A stretch of 64,000 nucleotides of DNA from an uncultured Geobacteraceae bacterium (GCA_964565445.1 CAZMFD010000005.1:13216-77215), one strand, 5' to 3'. Counted from the stretch's first letter, positions 38,540 through 48,883 are shown. Notes: generated by a model from the letters alone, not told the origin. Translations and numbers: made by a program.

Positions 38540-39388
38540 TTATGCGACCGGCTTGTACCAGACGTTCATGCTCTCCAGTCCACCGGAAATCTGGGTATTC
38601 TGCACCAGGGTGCCGCCGTATTGATAGCCGCTTTTGGCAAAGGTGATATTCATACCGAATGAGGTGGCGCGAGCAATGGTGTAACAAGTCTGAATCTTTG
38701 CCTGTGCCATCAAGGTTTCCAGTTCAGCCAGCAGCAGATGCGCGAGTCCTTGGCCACGGCAGGCGGGATCAGTGGCAAAATCGGTCATTTCAGCGTGAGA
38801 ACCGACCTTGTCGACCTCGGCAGAGGCCAGGGCAATCAGCTCATCTTCCTTCCAGATACCGGCGTAGGTCACATTGTCAGCCATTGTTTCCGCCAGATAG
38901 TCGGGGTCATGGATCGGAAACGGATAGCTGGAAAAAACCCGTTGGTAAAGATCCGCCATCGCGGAGCAATCATCGACCTGCGCCAGCCGGCACTGGTTTC
39001 CTCCGGTGCCCTGCAAACTGGTAGAATCTGGGGAACCGGCCTTGGCCCGAGCAGCATCCAGAACCTGCGCTACAACCCCGGCATCCGGATCATTCCGGCG
39101 CTCTGAATGAGGATAATTGGCCAGGAACAAGCCGTCAACTTCGCCCTGATAAAACTTGGGAACCTGTGCCTCAACACTGTAGCCTGCCTTTAAAAAGGGG
39201 GCTTTGCTGGTCGCAGGAATCTTGGCGAAAACCTTGGAGTAGTCGTGCTGATCGACCAGTTCGTCGATATATTCGAGCACCCCCGGCACATCATCATGCT
39301 CCAACTTCATCAGATAAACCCGGTCATTTTCAGGGCCATGCTGCAGCACGCATGATCCAAAGTTTTCAATCCGGTCAACTGACATCAC
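38540..39388 (-). CDS. ablB: GNAT acetyltransferase, putative beta-lysine N6-acetyltransferase
   Basis: GNAT fold ([15 protein letters not shown]). About 280 aa. Overlaps the stop of the lysine 2,3-aminomutase gene by 14 nt, giving the ablA-ablB arrangement. Confidence 0.65.
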   Translation of the reverse strand: MMSVDRIENFGSCVLQHGPENDRVYLMKLEHDDVPGVLEYIDELVDQHDYSKVFAKIPATSKAPFLKAGYSVEAQVPKFYQGEVDGLFLANYPHSERRNDPDAGVVAQVLDAARAKAGSPDSTSLQGTGGNQCRLAQVDDCSAMADLYQRVFSSYPFPIHDPDYLAETMADNVTYAGIWKEDELIALASAEVDKVGSHAEMTDFATDPACRGQGLAHLLLAELETLMAQAKIQTCYTIARATSFGMNITFAKSGYQYGGTLVQNTQISGGLESMNVWYKPVA

Positions 39389-40694
39389 GTCTCTCCATGC
39401 GTTCGTTGCCGGCCGGAGTCAAGCTGATAGTTTCATCATAATCACACAACAGCCGTTCAATCCCGGTGGCATTATTGTTATCGTCGGCTCCTTCCAGTTT
39501 CAGTTGCAGATCACAGGTTGCACACTTGCGATCACAAAATTTGGTTTTGTAGCTTTCCGGCTCGGCATAAGTGGTGATCACCCCTTCGTAGTTGCGCAAC
39601 ACCACCTTATTTGTTGATAAAGAGATTAGATAGTTAGGCGTCATGGGAATCTTACCGCCGCCGCCAGGTGCATCAATCACATAGGTCGGCACCGAAAAAC
39701 CACTGGTATGACCAATCAGCCCTTCCATAATTTCAATCCCTTTTCCCACGGGTGTACGGAAATGGGACAAACCCTCAGACAGATCGCACTGATAAAGATA
39801 ATAAGGACGCACCCGATTCTCCACCAGCTTATGCACCAGCGATTTGACGATCCGCACACAGTCATTCACTCCAGCCAGCAACACCGTCTGGTTCCCCAAG
39901 GGGATCCCGGCATCAGCCAGCTTTCTTATCGCCTGCTTGGAGGAACTGGTAATCTCCCGCGGGTGATTAAAGTGGGTATTGAGCCACACAGGTTGGTGTT
40001 TTTTGAGCATGTCGACCAGATCGTCAGTAATCCGATAGGGCAGCACCACCGGCATGCGGGAACCGATACGGATCACTTGAACATGTTCGATCTGCCGCAA
40101 CTCGGTTAAGATCCAGTCAAGATACTGATCAGACAGCATCAGCGGATCACCGCCGGAAAGCAGCACATCGCGAACCTCGGTCGCCCCGCGGATATAATCA
40201 AGACCGGCGCGAATCTGATCGCGATCAGGGATTGAATCGGTATCGCCAACCTTGCGCTTACGCGTGCAATGGCGACAGTACATGGAACAGACATTGCTGA
40301 TGTGGAACAGCACCCGATCGGGATAGCGATGAGTGATTCCCGGCGCCGGACTGTCACGATCTTCTGCCAGCGGATCGTTCATATCGCACTTGTCGATCTC
40401 AAGCTCTTTCGGGTCCGGAAAAGCCTGGCGAAAAATCGGATCGTTGCGAAAATCTTCGGCATCAATCAAAGACAGATAATAAGGGGTGATCGACAAGGGG
40501 AACTTGCGCATGGTCAATTCAATTTTGCGCCGCTCCACATCGTTAAGTGTGATCCCGAGAAGATTCTCAAAGGTGTCGACGCGCTTGATGGAATTGCGCA
40601 ACTGCCAGTGCCAGTCGGTCCACTTGGATTGATGAACCTTATTTTCACTCAAATCTGCGGCAATTTTTTGTTGATTGCTCGAATAAATACTCAT
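39375..40694 (-). CDS. ablA: lysine 2,3-aminomutase (radical SAM, KamA/AblA)
   Basis: Radical-SAM CxxxCxxC in [15 protein letters not shown]. KamA-like N-terminus (WQLRNSI) and overall length. Confidence 0.85.
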   Translation of the reverse strand: MSIYSSNQQKIAADLSENKVHQSKWTDWHWQLRNSIKRVDTFENLLGITLNDVERRKIELTMRKFPLSITPYYLSLIDAEDFRNDPIFRQAFPDPKELEIDKCDMNDPLAEDRDSPAPGITHRYPDRVLFHISNVCSMYCRHCTRKRKVGDTDSIPDRDQIRAGLDYIRGATEVRDVLLSGGDPLMLSDQYLDWILTELRQIEHVQVIRIGSRMPVVLPYRITDDLVDMLKKHQPVWLNTHFNHPREITSSSKQAIRKLADAGIPLGNQTVLLAGVNDCVRIVKSLVHKLVENRVRPYYLYQCDLSEGLSHFRTPVGKGIEIMEGLIGHTSGFSVPTYVIDAPGGGGKIPMTPNYLISLSTNKVVLRNYEGVITTYAEPESYKTKFCDRKCATCDLQLKLEGADDNNNATGIERLLCDYDETISLTPAGNERMERRDVS

Positions 40695-41054
40695 AATAAA
40701 AGCCTCTATGCTCCTTTTTTAAGGATTTCGTGTCAGTGCCCAGCCAATGAGCAGAACAATACGGCTAAACCCTAAGTAAGTTCATGAAAAACTAGAAAAA
40801 TTTTTTATTCAGATACAGTCAGCGCGCAGCAAGTAGTGCTGTTACGCCGCCAGGAAGAACGGTTCGACAAAGAGAGACAGGCGCATAAAAACAGAGAATA
40901 AACATTGTGTTATTAAAAACTTTCTTGCACGAAGATGTGTGCAAAACTATTTTTTTAAATAAACGATCACGCACTATAACAAATATGATCTTGCTTTTCA
41001 AGTGTTGATCCAGATAGATCATATTGATGTAACTTCTGGATCCTCGTCAGCCAA

Positions 41055-41096
41055 CAAAAAAAAACCCCCGGAAGCTGTCTCATCAGCCTTCGGGGG
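41055..41096 (-). terminator. rho-independent terminator of the DEAD-box helicase gene
   Basis: The minus strand reads CCCCCGAAGG-N12-CTTCCGGGGG (one bulge) followed by a run of ten T. Confidence 0.75.
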
Positions 41097-41126
41097 TCAG
41101 TATCGCGTTACAGGTATTGCTATGTG

Positions 41127-42428
41127 TTATCGCGAGGCACGACCAGTACGTGCCTTTGCTGCACCAGCCTGGGGGTTGTAGGTTTTACCCGCTGGACGGG
41201 AACTTCGGCGTTGAGTCTTGGCCGGCTGGCGATTTGCCGGCGCAGCCCCACCGCCGCGCATGGGACGCCGCGCCGGCGAATCAACGGCAGAAGAAACCAG
41301 CTTCAGTCCAGCTTCCTGCTCCTGCAATGGAATCCGACGTTGCAACAGGGTTTCAATATCGTGCAGCTGCTTGCGCTCTTCACTGCAGACAAAAGAAATA
41401 GCGTTGCCGGTATTGCCGGCCCGCCCGGTGCGACCAATCCGGTGGACATAATCCTCAGGAACATGGGGCATCTCATAGTTCACGACAAAGGGCAGTTGCT
41501 CGATATCAAGACCACGCGCAGCGATGTCGGTTGCGACCAGCACCCGCACCCTGCCCTGTTTAAAATCAGCCAGCGCTTTGGTTCTGGCACCCTGGCTCTT
41601 GTTACCGTGGATCGCTGTCGTCGTGATGCCATCCTTGTCCAACTGGCTGGCAAGGCGATTGGCACCATGTTTGGTACGGGTAAAGACCAGCACCTGTTGC
41701 CAGTTACTACCGGAAATCAGATGGGAGAGCAACGCACGCTTGAGTCCTTTATCGATCCGGTACATCACCTGATCGACCTGCTCAGCAGCGGTGTTCCTCC
41801 GCGCCACTTCAATCACCTCCGGTGTTTTCAATAGATTATCAGCCAGACGCTTAATATCATTGGAAAAAGTTGCTGAAAAAAGCAGGCTCTGACGATTACG
41901 CGGCAGCAGCGCGAGGATTTTACGGATATCATGAATAAAGCCCATATCGAGCATACGATCGGCTTCATCCAGTACCAGCATTTCAACCTTTGACAGATCG
42001 ATGGTCTTCTGACCGACATGGTCAAGCAGGCGTCCGGGAGTGGCCACGACAATATCAACCCCTTTACGCAAGGCACTGATCTGCGGGCGGATATTAACGC
42101 CACCGAAAATTACCGTCGAGCGTAACGGCAGATATTTACCATACAAACGGAAGCTCGCCTCAACCTGGGCTGCCAACTCGCGGGTCGGGGTCAGAATCAG
42201 GGCACGAATCGCACCACTTTGCTGAGGTGCTTTTTCACTCAAACGCTGCAACATTGGCAGGGCAAAACCAGCGGTTTTACCGGTTCCGGTCTGGGCGCCG
42301 GCAAGCAGATCGCCGCCTTGCAACACGATCGGAATAGCCTTGGCCTGAATTGGGGAAGGCTGGCTGTAACCTGCTTCAGATACAGCACGGAGGAGTTCGG
42401 CCCGCAGACCGAGTTGTTCAAACGACAT
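41127..42428 (-). CDS. DEAD-box ATP-dependent RNA helicase (RhlE-like)
   Basis: Q motif, [17 protein letters not shown] (DEAD), [13 protein letters not shown]. Basic R/G-rich C-terminal tail. Confidence 0.88.
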   Translation of the reverse strand: MSFEQLGLRAELLRAVSEAGYSQPSPIQAKAIPIVLQGGDLLAGAQTGTGKTAGFALPMLQRLSEKAPQQSGAIRALILTPTRELAAQVEASFRLYGKYLPLRSTVIFGGVNIRPQISALRKGVDIVVATPGRLLDHVGQKTIDLSKVEMLVLDEADRMLDMGFIHDIRKILALLPRNRQSLLFSATFSNDIKRLADNLLKTPEVIEVARRNTAAEQVDQVMYRIDKGLKRALLSHLISGSNWQQVLVFTRTKHGANRLASQLDKDGITTTAIHGNKSQGARTKALADFKQGRVRVLVATDIAARGLDIEQLPFVVNYEMPHVPEDYVHRIGRTGRAGNTGNAISFVCSEERKQLHDIETLLQRRIPLQEQEAGLKLVSSAVDSPARRPMRGGGAAPANRQPAKTQRRSSRPAGKTYNPQAGAAKARTGRASR

Positions 42429-42570
42429 AAATATTGTTCTCCAAAAAATGGAACCGGCCCATCCCTAAGCGCTATGGCGTAAGGAACGGTCTTAAGGCAG
42501 GAATCTCTAAATTGATGGTCTAAGGGGGAGATATGCGAGGGTGATACGCAAAAAACTAACCGATGGACAC

Positions 42571-42596
42571 GAAAATGACGCCGACCGAAGGCGTCA
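42571..42596 (-). terminator. candidate terminator of the rimK operon
   Basis: The minus strand reads TGACGCC-ttcggtc-GGCGTCA followed by TTTTC. Confidence 0.45.
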
Positions 42597-42678
42597 AGGT
42601 TTGCACACCCTAGCAGATACCCGGGCGCCTGTCCACAACATTCAGAAAGGCTGCCACAAAATGGGGCGCCAATCTGCC

Positions 42679-43707
42679 TTAGCGCTCCATCCCGAAATCC
42701 TCATCGGTCAGAGTAGAAGCAAAATGATCCATCGCTTCTTCGGCCTCACTGGAATCTGGCACTCTGGCCAGATGAATCAGTGCATCTCCCTCATGAACCA
42801 GAGGGATAGCAAGCTGGCCGATGATAATTCCGGCGAAGGGGGCTGTCACTTTCTCCTCTTCATCGCCAAGGGGATCACTCAGCACACCCAGCAGATCACC
42901 TTTTCTGACAAATCCCCCCAGCTTCATCCGCCGGGTGAAGATGCCGCTCATATTGGCCCGCAGCCAGCTGGTTCGATCAGTAATGATCGACTCACGCATT
43001 TTTCCGCTACGAGCAGTGGCGAGCATTCCGACGTGGCGCATCACTTTGATGATCCCCCTGATACCGGTGCGAATGGCGGCATCATTAAAATATAGAGCCT
43101 CACCACCTTCGTAAACCAGAACCGGTTTGCCCAGAGAGGCGACCGTTTCACGCAAGGAACCTTCGCGCATCTCGGATGGCACAACCACTGGTGCGCCAAA
43201 AGCCATTGCCAGATCAACTGTTTTCTGATCTTCCAGGCTCGCCCTGATTTGCGGCATATTACTGCGGAAGTTGGATCCAGTATGGAGATCGATGCCAAAA
43301 TCACATTTCTCAGCGATCTCTGTCATAAAAACATGGGCCAGGCGTCCCGCCAGAGACCCCTTTGCCGTCCCCGGAAATGACCGGTTCAGATCCCGCCGGT
43401 CCGGCAGATAACGGGCACGCTGGATAAAACCGAAAGGGTTGACCACCGGAACGGCAATCAGGGTTCCACGCAGGTTGTTAAGCGCTCTGTTCTTTAATAG
43501 CTGACGGATTATTTCAACGCCATTGACTTCATCACCATGCACAGCTGCGCTGACAAAAAGAACCGGCCCTGCGCGGCGGCCATGAACAACCTGAACCGGC
43601 AACGTCATTTCACTGTTGGTATACAGGCGTGCTACCGGCAGCTCGACAGTTTTGCGAGTACCCGGTTTGATTGTTTCTCCGCCCAACTCAAAATTAACGA
43701 CGTTCAT
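42679..43707 (-). CDS. succinylglutamate desuccinylase/aspartoacylase (AstE/AspA) family zinc hydrolase
   Basis: Zinc-binding AVHGDEVNG motif. 342 aa. 4-nt overlap with rimK. Confidence 0.7.
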   Translation of the reverse strand: MNVVNFELGGETIKPGTRKTVELPVARLYTNSEMTLPVQVVHGRRAGPVLFVSAAVHGDEVNGVEIIRQLLKNRALNNLRGTLIAVPVVNPFGFIQRARYLPDRRDLNRSFPGTAKGSLAGRLAHVFMTEIAEKCDFGIDLHTGSNFRSNMPQIRASLEDQKTVDLAMAFGAPVVVPSEMREGSLRETVASLGKPVLVYEGGEALYFNDAAIRTGIRGIIKVMRHVGMLATARSGKMRESIITDRTSWLRANMSGIFTRRMKLGGFVRKGDLLGVLSDPLGDEEEKVTAPFAGIIIGQLAIPLVHEGDALIHLARVPDSSEAEEAMDHFASTLTDEDFGMER

Positions 43708-44609
43708 CCCTGGCCTTTGGTGCGGGTGCGACCCGGTTTCGCCTGTTTTTCGATAAAATAATAAATCAGGGCAGCAACGTCCTTACCGGTTGCTTTTTCT
43801 ATCCCTTCCAGTCCGGGAGAAGAATTCACTTCCATAACCACTGGTCCATGATTGGAGCGCAGCAGGTCAACCCCGGCAACATTCAACCCCATGATCCGTG
43901 CGGCCCGAATAGCGGTCATACGCTCTTCCGGAGTCAAGCGGGTCACACTGGAGGTTCCGCCGCGATGCAGATTGGAACGGAATTCTCCGTCCTTGCCCTG
44001 GCGTTTCATGGCCGCGACAACCTTGTCACCAATGACAAAACAGCGAATGTCAGCTCCTTGAGCCTCTTTGATAAATTCCTGAACCAGAATATTTGCTTTC
44101 AGACCACGGAAAGCCTCAATGACACTCTCTGCTGCCTTGTCTGTTTCGGCCAGGACAACCCCGATCCCCTGGGTACCCTCCAGTAACTTGACTACCAGGG
44201 GGGCGCCACCAACAAGATTGATCAGATCTTTTGTATAGAGTGTCGAATGGGCAAAACCGGTTACCGGCAAGCCGATTCCCTTGCGTGCAAACAACTGCAT
44301 ACTGCGCAATTTGTCACGCGAACGGGTAATCGCAACCGACTCATTAATGTTGAAGACATTCATCATTTCAAACTGGCGCACAACCGCCGTACCATAAAAA
44401 GTTACCGACGCCCCAATCCTCGGAATGACCGCATCAAACCCCCGCAATTCCTCACCTTTATAGTGAATTGTCGGACGCTGACTGGCAATTGTCATATAGC
44501 AACGTAACGGATCGATAACCTGTACTTCATGGCCACGCTCTTCTCCAGCCTCAACCAGACGACGCGTCGAATACAGTTTTGGATTGCGCGATAAGACTGC
44601 AACTTTCAT
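43704..44609 (-). CDS. rimK: RimK-family ATP-grasp alpha-L-glutamate ligase
   Basis: N-terminus [29 protein letters not shown] closely parallels E. coli RimK. ATP-grasp core. 301 aa. Confidence 0.85.
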   Translation of the reverse strand: MKVAVLSRNPKLYSTRRLVEAGEERGHEVQVIDPLRCYMTIASQRPTIHYKGEELRGFDAVIPRIGASVTFYGTAVVRQFEMMNVFNINESVAITRSRDKLRSMQLFARKGIGLPVTGFAHSTLYTKDLINLVGGAPLVVKLLEGTQGIGVVLAETDKAAESVIEAFRGLKANILVQEFIKEAQGADIRCFVIGDKVVAAMKRQGKDGEFRSNLHRGGTSSVTRLTPEERMTAIRAARIMGLNVAGVDLLRSNHGPVVMEVNSSPGLEGIEKATGKDVAALIYYFIEKQAKPGRTRTKGQG

Positions 44610-44646
44610 TACATTCTCCTTTTTTAATTTTCAGGTTGCTAGTATT

Positions 44647-44809
44647 GATGCTTTCGCAAAAAGTGTCAATTGAGATGGCTAAGCAAAAACCGCCAAATAC
44701 AAGGCGCGCGATTATTGAGCAATGAAGCGTACTTACGTACGTCGAAGCAGTGAAATAGTCACAACAACGCAGCAGTTGGTGAGTTTTTGCAACGCCATCA
44801 GTATTACTA
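44647..44809 (+). mobile_element. MITE-like element, copy 2 (upstream of rimK), TSD AGTATT
   Basis: Ends are GATGCTTTCGCAAAAA...TTTTTGCAACGCCATC. Flanked by AGTATT at 44641-44646 and 44810-44815. Confidence 0.8.
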
Positions 44810-44825
44810 TGATAATTTTTGGCTA

Positions 44826-44854
44826 TTGACAAACTTTTTTTGCTTATGTATAAA
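44826..44854 (+). promoter_or_regulatory. near-consensus sigma-70 promoter TTGACA-N17-TATAAA
   Basis: TTGACA at 44826-44831 and TATAAA at 44849-44854, about 28 nt upstream of the GTG of the 98-aa ORF. Confidence 0.5.
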
Positions 44855-44881
44855 TTTTTTTAGATTAGAGGAGAGATTATA

Positions 44882-45178
44882 GTGGACTACAAACAGATTG
44901 CAAAGCACCTGGTCGACATCTACCAGAACCCCTTCGGGGGGAAACCCAACGGACGCTATCGCATCTCGATGAAACATCTACGCCAGATTGCCGGTTACAG
45001 ACGAATTTTTCAGGAGGATATGGCCCAGATCTATAAAGAAATGTATCAACTGGGCTACAGTCTGATCGATATGGAGTCTTTTTGTGTGGTGATCAGCCAC
45101 AAAACCTTCACCCACTACCGCCGCTATAGCGACGGTGTATCTCAGCAGGAACCCGCTGCTGGAGAGTCAACCAGCTGA
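44882..45178 (+). CDS. hypothetical protein (98 aa)
   Basis: GTG start with AGAGGAGAG RBS. A near-consensus sigma-70 promoter lies about 30 nt upstream. I recognise no family. Confidence 0.5.
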   Translation: MDYKQIAKHLVDIYQNPFGGKPNGRYRISMKHLRQIAGYRRIFQEDMAQIYKEMYQLGYSLIDMESFCVVISHKTFTHYRRYSDGVSQQEPAAGESTS

Positions 45179-45254
45179 CCTCTGGGGAGCACAACAGTAC
45201 AGGTCGCAACAGCCCGTCCCTGAATACCTTCGGGACGATATCCAAGGAGATAAA

Positions 45255-46721
45255 ATGAAAACGAAAAACTACTATTGGCTCATTGTTCTACTAACCATCA
45301 CTTTGCTCATTGCCGCTTGTGGCGGACCAAAACTCAAGGTTGAGCCGATCGCTGTACCGACGAATCCAACCGAGGAAGCGGGCAAGCTTGAAGCCGACAT
45401 TACCCGCGCCCGCCAGCAACAGGTTAACGTCCTTTCGCCAACTTGGTTTTCAAGAGCTGAAGCTTCGCACCAAGAGGCAGCAAGACTTATTGCTGCCAAA
45501 GGGGAAATCGGACAGATCAGCAACCGTCTGGCCCAGGGATACGCTGAGCTTAAAAAAGCGCAGGAAATATCTAAGCTGGCGCGTACCGCTCTGCCTGAGG
45601 CAATCAAAAACCGCGATCTTGCCCGCACCGCCGGAGCCACAGCTTTTGAACAAGACTATAGAGCATTGGAAAGTGATTTTCTTGATCTGACCCGGGCGAT
45701 AGAAAATAACAATGTCGGCTATGCACAACGCAACCAGCAAAAAGTTGCGAACAACTTCCGTGCTATAGAAATCCGTGCCATCAAGGAAAACACCATCGGC
45801 GATGTGCGTAAAGTATTAGCTCAGGCAGAAACCGAAAATGCAGGAAAAATAGCGCCCGAGCTGCTTGCCGAAACCCGTCAAGAACTGCGGCGAGTAGAAA
45901 ATTATATAGCCGCCAATCCCTACGCAACCAAAGAGATGCAGGAGATGGCCGAAAACATCCTGTTTAATGCCAAACGACTGCTACAGCTTACCCGTCAGAG
46001 CGCTGAATTTCAGCAGATGAGACCAATTGATATCAGCCTCTGGACCGAAGGCCTCATTGCCGGGATCGCCGCCAACCTTGGTGCGCCGGACATGCGTGAC
46101 CAACCCTTCGACACCCAAAAAAGCAATGTGCTGGGTGTCGCAACAGCCCTGGTAGAAGACAGAAACTTCCTATCGAATCAAAGCAGCAGTCAGGCTCAGG
46201 AAATCGCAGTATTAAACCTCAGACTGAGTGAAGAGGCAAAAAGGCTTGAGCAGACCGAAGCGGCCAAAAGAACCGAACAGGAACGCCTGGCTGCCGAGCG
46301 GCGGTTCAACGAACTCTACAACCAGGTACAGACCATGTTCTCCAAAGATGAAGCCGAAAGCTACAAGCAGGGGCAACAGATGGTTATCCGTCTGCGTGGA
46401 ATGAGTTTTCCTGTTGGTCAATCGATGATCATGCCGGCAAACTATCCTCTGCTCAGCAAGGTACAAAACGCCATACGTACGTTTGAAGGGGCAAATGTCA
46501 CGATTGAGGGTCACACTGATTCTACCGGATCGGACGAACTCAACCGGCATCTGTCACAGCAACGTGCTGAGGCTGTTCAAGACTATCTGCTGGCCAACCG
46601 GGCTATTGCTTCAGAAAAAATTTCTGCTGTCGGATACGGCCCAAGCCGCCCATTGGCCCCTAACACTACGGCTGAGGGGCGAGCCCAGAATCGCAGAATT
46701 GATGTGATTATCACTCCCTGA
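45255..46721 (+). CDS. OmpA-family lipoprotein with long coiled-coil N-terminal region
   Basis: ATG at 45255 with AAGGAGA RBS. Lipobox LLIAACGG. C-terminal OmpA-like peptidoglycan-binding domain (IEGHTDSTGSDELNRHLSQQRAEAV...NRRIDV). Confidence 0.8.
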   Translation: MKTKNYYWLIVLLTITLLIAACGGPKLKVEPIAVPTNPTEEAGKLEADITRARQQQVNVLSPTWFSRAEASHQEAARLIAAKGEIGQISNRLAQGYAELKKAQEISKLARTALPEAIKNRDLARTAGATAFEQDYRALESDFLDLTRAIENNNVGYAQRNQQKVANNFRAIEIRAIKENTIGDVRKVLAQAETENAGKIAPELLAETRQELRRVENYIAANPYATKEMQEMAENILFNAKRLLQLTRQSAEFQQMRPIDISLWTEGLIAGIAANLGAPDMRDQPFDTQKSNVLGVATALVEDRNFLSNQSSSQAQEIAVLNLRLSEEAKRLEQTEAAKRTEQERLAAERRFNELYNQVQTMFSKDEAESYKQGQQMVIRLRGMSFPVGQSMIMPANYPLLSKVQNAIRTFEGANVTIEGHTDSTGSDELNRHLSQQRAEAVQDYLLANRAIASEKISAVGYGPSRPLAPNTTAEGRAQNRRIDVIITP

Positions 46722-46754
46722 TCATTACATCCCGATTTGAACCAGAACATGTTT

Positions 46755-46804
46755 GTGCCGGTACCTTCATTGCCATCTCTTTGCAGATGTGAAGGTATCG
46801 GCAC
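46755..46804 (+). other. long hairpin between the OmpA-family gene and mgtE
   Basis: GTGCCGGTACCTTCA-N20-TGAAGGTATCGGCAC (14/15 paired) with no T-tract. Confidence 0.5.
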
Positions 46805-46887
46805 AATTTGTGGTTCTACTCCCCAATCGCAGTCACTATTTGCAATATGTTTTCATCGCCGTCACCAGGCCGACAAGGCTTTAAACC

Positions 46888-48249
46888 ATGGAAAATCAAC
46901 AAACTGAAAAGCCCTGGGAACATCTCGAAGAGCTAATCACAGCAAAGGACGCTGACCAGATCAGAGCCTTTCTTGACAGCACGAACCCTGCAGACACGGC
47001 GCTGGCAATTTCACGAATTGATGATGACCTTGTCAATGAGCTGATGGCTTTGCTCAGTCCTGATGATGCAGCGGAACTCATCGAAGATTTGTCCGATACC
47101 CAGGCCGCTGAAATCATGGAAGACCTGGAGCCATCCCAGGCCGCAGCCATTCTCGAAGAGCTTGACAGTGACCACGTCGTCGACATTCTTGGAGAAATGG
47201 ATTCGGATGACGCCAACGCCATCATCGGGCAGATGAATCCGGAGGATGCCGAGGAGGCACGGCAATTTCTCACCTATGACGAGGACACCGCCGGCGGCCT
47301 GATGATCTCGGAGTTTCTCGACTATCGCAGTAATCAGACAGTCCAGGATGTTCTTGATGATCTGCAAACCAACCGTGAAGAATACGCCGAATACGATGTT
47401 CAATACATCTACATAACCGATAGCGCCGGACAGCTTGAAGGAGTATTGCGGATGCGTGATCTGCTTTTCCCCCAGCGCTCGACAACCCTGGCAAAGCTGA
47501 TGATCCGCAATCCTTACAAGATCACCGCGACCGCACCCCTGGATGAGTTACGCAACTTTTTTGAGGAACACAATCTCTTTGGCGCACCGGTGGTCGATCC
47601 GAATAACCGCCTGGTGGGTATTGTGATGCCCGAAGCGGTGGAAGACGCCAGACAGAAAAAAAGTGTTAATCAATTCCTTGGACTCTCCGGTATCATCGGT
47701 GGTGAAGAGTTCAGATCCATGCCCCTCGGAATAAGAGCCGGACGAAGATTCTCGTGGCTATCTCTGAATATATTTTTAAATATTATTGCCGCCAGTATTA
47801 TCGCCATGTACCAGGACACCATTGCGACGGTGATCGCTTTGGCTGTCTTCCTGCCGATTGTCAGTGATATGAGTGGCAACTCCGGACAACAAGCGGCCGC
47901 TGTCAGTATGCGTGAACTGACCCTTGGCCTGTTGCGCCCCCATGAAATTGGCCGGGTGATCGTCAAAGAATCCAGCGTCGGGGTTCTCAACGGTATCGGC
48001 TTGGGTATTTTGTTGGGTGGCCTCGCCTATATCTGGCAGGACAGTTTAATGCTGGGCATCGTCATCGGCCTGGCACTAGCAATAAACACGGTGTTATCAG
48101 TGCTTGTCGGTGGGCTCACACCCTTGTTTCTTAAAATGCTCAAGCTTGATCCGGCATTGGTAACCGGTGCGCTGATTACCACGATTACCGACATGGGTGG
48201 CTTTTTTCTGGTTCTTAGTTTCGCTACCCTCGTACTGGACAAACTCTGA
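46888..48249 (+). CDS. mgtE: magnesium transporter MgtE
   Basis: Acidic MgtE N-domain, CBS pair and five C-terminal TM segments. 453 aa. Confidence 0.85.
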   Translation: MENQQTEKPWEHLEELITAKDADQIRAFLDSTNPADTALAISRIDDDLVNELMALLSPDDAAELIEDLSDTQAAEIMEDLEPSQAAAILEELDSDHVVDILGEMDSDDANAIIGQMNPEDAEEARQFLTYDEDTAGGLMISEFLDYRSNQTVQDVLDDLQTNREEYAEYDVQYIYITDSAGQLEGVLRMRDLLFPQRSTTLAKLMIRNPYKITATAPLDELRNFFEEHNLFGAPVVDPNNRLVGIVMPEAVEDARQKKSVNQFLGLSGIIGGEEFRSMPLGIRAGRRFSWLSLNIFLNIIAASIIAMYQDTIATVIALAVFLPIVSDMSGNSGQQAAAVSMRELTLGLLRPHEIGRVIVKESSVGVLNGIGLGILLGGLAYIWQDSLMLGIVIGLALAINTVLSVLVGGLTPLFLKMLKLDPALVTGALITTITDMGGFFLVLSFATLVLDKL

Positions 48250-48250
48250 T

Positions 48251-48766
48251 ATGGAAAAAAACATACAGGTTGGATGGCGCGAGTGGTTCTCTCTTCCCGA
48301 ACTGGGAATAGAAAGAATCAAGGCCAAGATTGATACCGGGGCAAGAACCTCAGCGCTTCATGCTTTTTTTGTCGAACCCTATGTGGAAAACGGTCAACAG
48401 ATGGTACACTTCGGGGTAAGACCACTACAAAAACGCACTAAAACATGGATGGATTGTTCTTGTCCGGTGCATGATTACCGTGAAGTCTGCGACTCGGGCG
48501 GGCACCGTGAAATGCGTTACGTCATTTATACTCCGGTTCAACTGGGAGAACATATCTGGCCGATTGAAATGACCCTTACCAACCGCGATACGATGAAATT
48601 CCGCATGCTGTTGGGACGAAGCGCCATGGAAGGCATGATCGTCAGTCCGAATCATTCCTATCTTTTTGGACGTCCGCGTCGCGACCAACTCAGGGAAACA
48701 GAACATCCTTTCCCCGTCGGATCCAAGGTTGATGCTTTCGCAAAAAGTATCAATTGGGATGGATAA
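48251..48766 (+). CDS. retropepsin-like aspartic endopeptidase (RimB / DUF785, annotated in databases as ATP-dependent zinc protease)
   Basis: ATG lies 1 nt after the mgtE stop. VGWREWFSLPELGI...KIDTGARTSALHA contains the DTGA motif. The last 12 codons and the stop lie inside a MITE copy. Confidence 0.7.
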   Translation: MEKNIQVGWREWFSLPELGIERIKAKIDTGARTSALHAFFVEPYVENGQQMVHFGVRPLQKRTKTWMDCSCPVHDYREVCDSGGHREMRYVIYTPVQLGEHIWPIEMTLTNRDTMKFRMLLGRSAMEGMIVSPNHSYLFGRPRRDQLRETEHPFPVGSKVDAFAKSINWDG

Positions 48767-48883
48767 GTAAAAAGCGCCAAAGGCAAGGCGCGTGGTTATT
48801 GAGCAATGAGGCGTACTTACGTACGTCGAAGCGGCGAAATAAGCGCAGCAACACAGCAGTTGGTGAGTTTTTGCGACGCCATC
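48731..48883 (+). mobile_element. MITE-like element, copy 3 (inside the 3' end of the retropepsin-like gene), TSD AAGGTT
   Basis: Ends are GATGCTTTCGCAAAAA...TTTTTGCGACGCCATC. Flanked by AAGGTT at 48725-48730 and 48884-48889. Confidence 0.8.

Noticed and set aside
40819-41022. 67-aa ORF in the AT-rich region upstream of ablA.
   Set aside because: It has AT-rich low-complexity sequence, no RBS and an unconserved-looking peptide. It is more likely 5' leader or promoter DNA of ablA.
40695-41126. Possible lysine (L-box) riboswitch in front of the lysine 2,3-aminomutase gene.
   Set aside because: I could not find the conserved L-box core helices or sequence blocks on the minus strand. An Infernal scan would be needed to be certain.
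44551-44832. 93-aa ORF, and the similar 163-aa ORF at 48425..48916, which share a ...DGVAKTHQLL.CC.YF.ASTYVST.HCSI... segment.
   Set aside because: The shared segment is simply the antisense translation of the MITE-like repeat. The ORFs overlap real genes or promoters and have no RBS.
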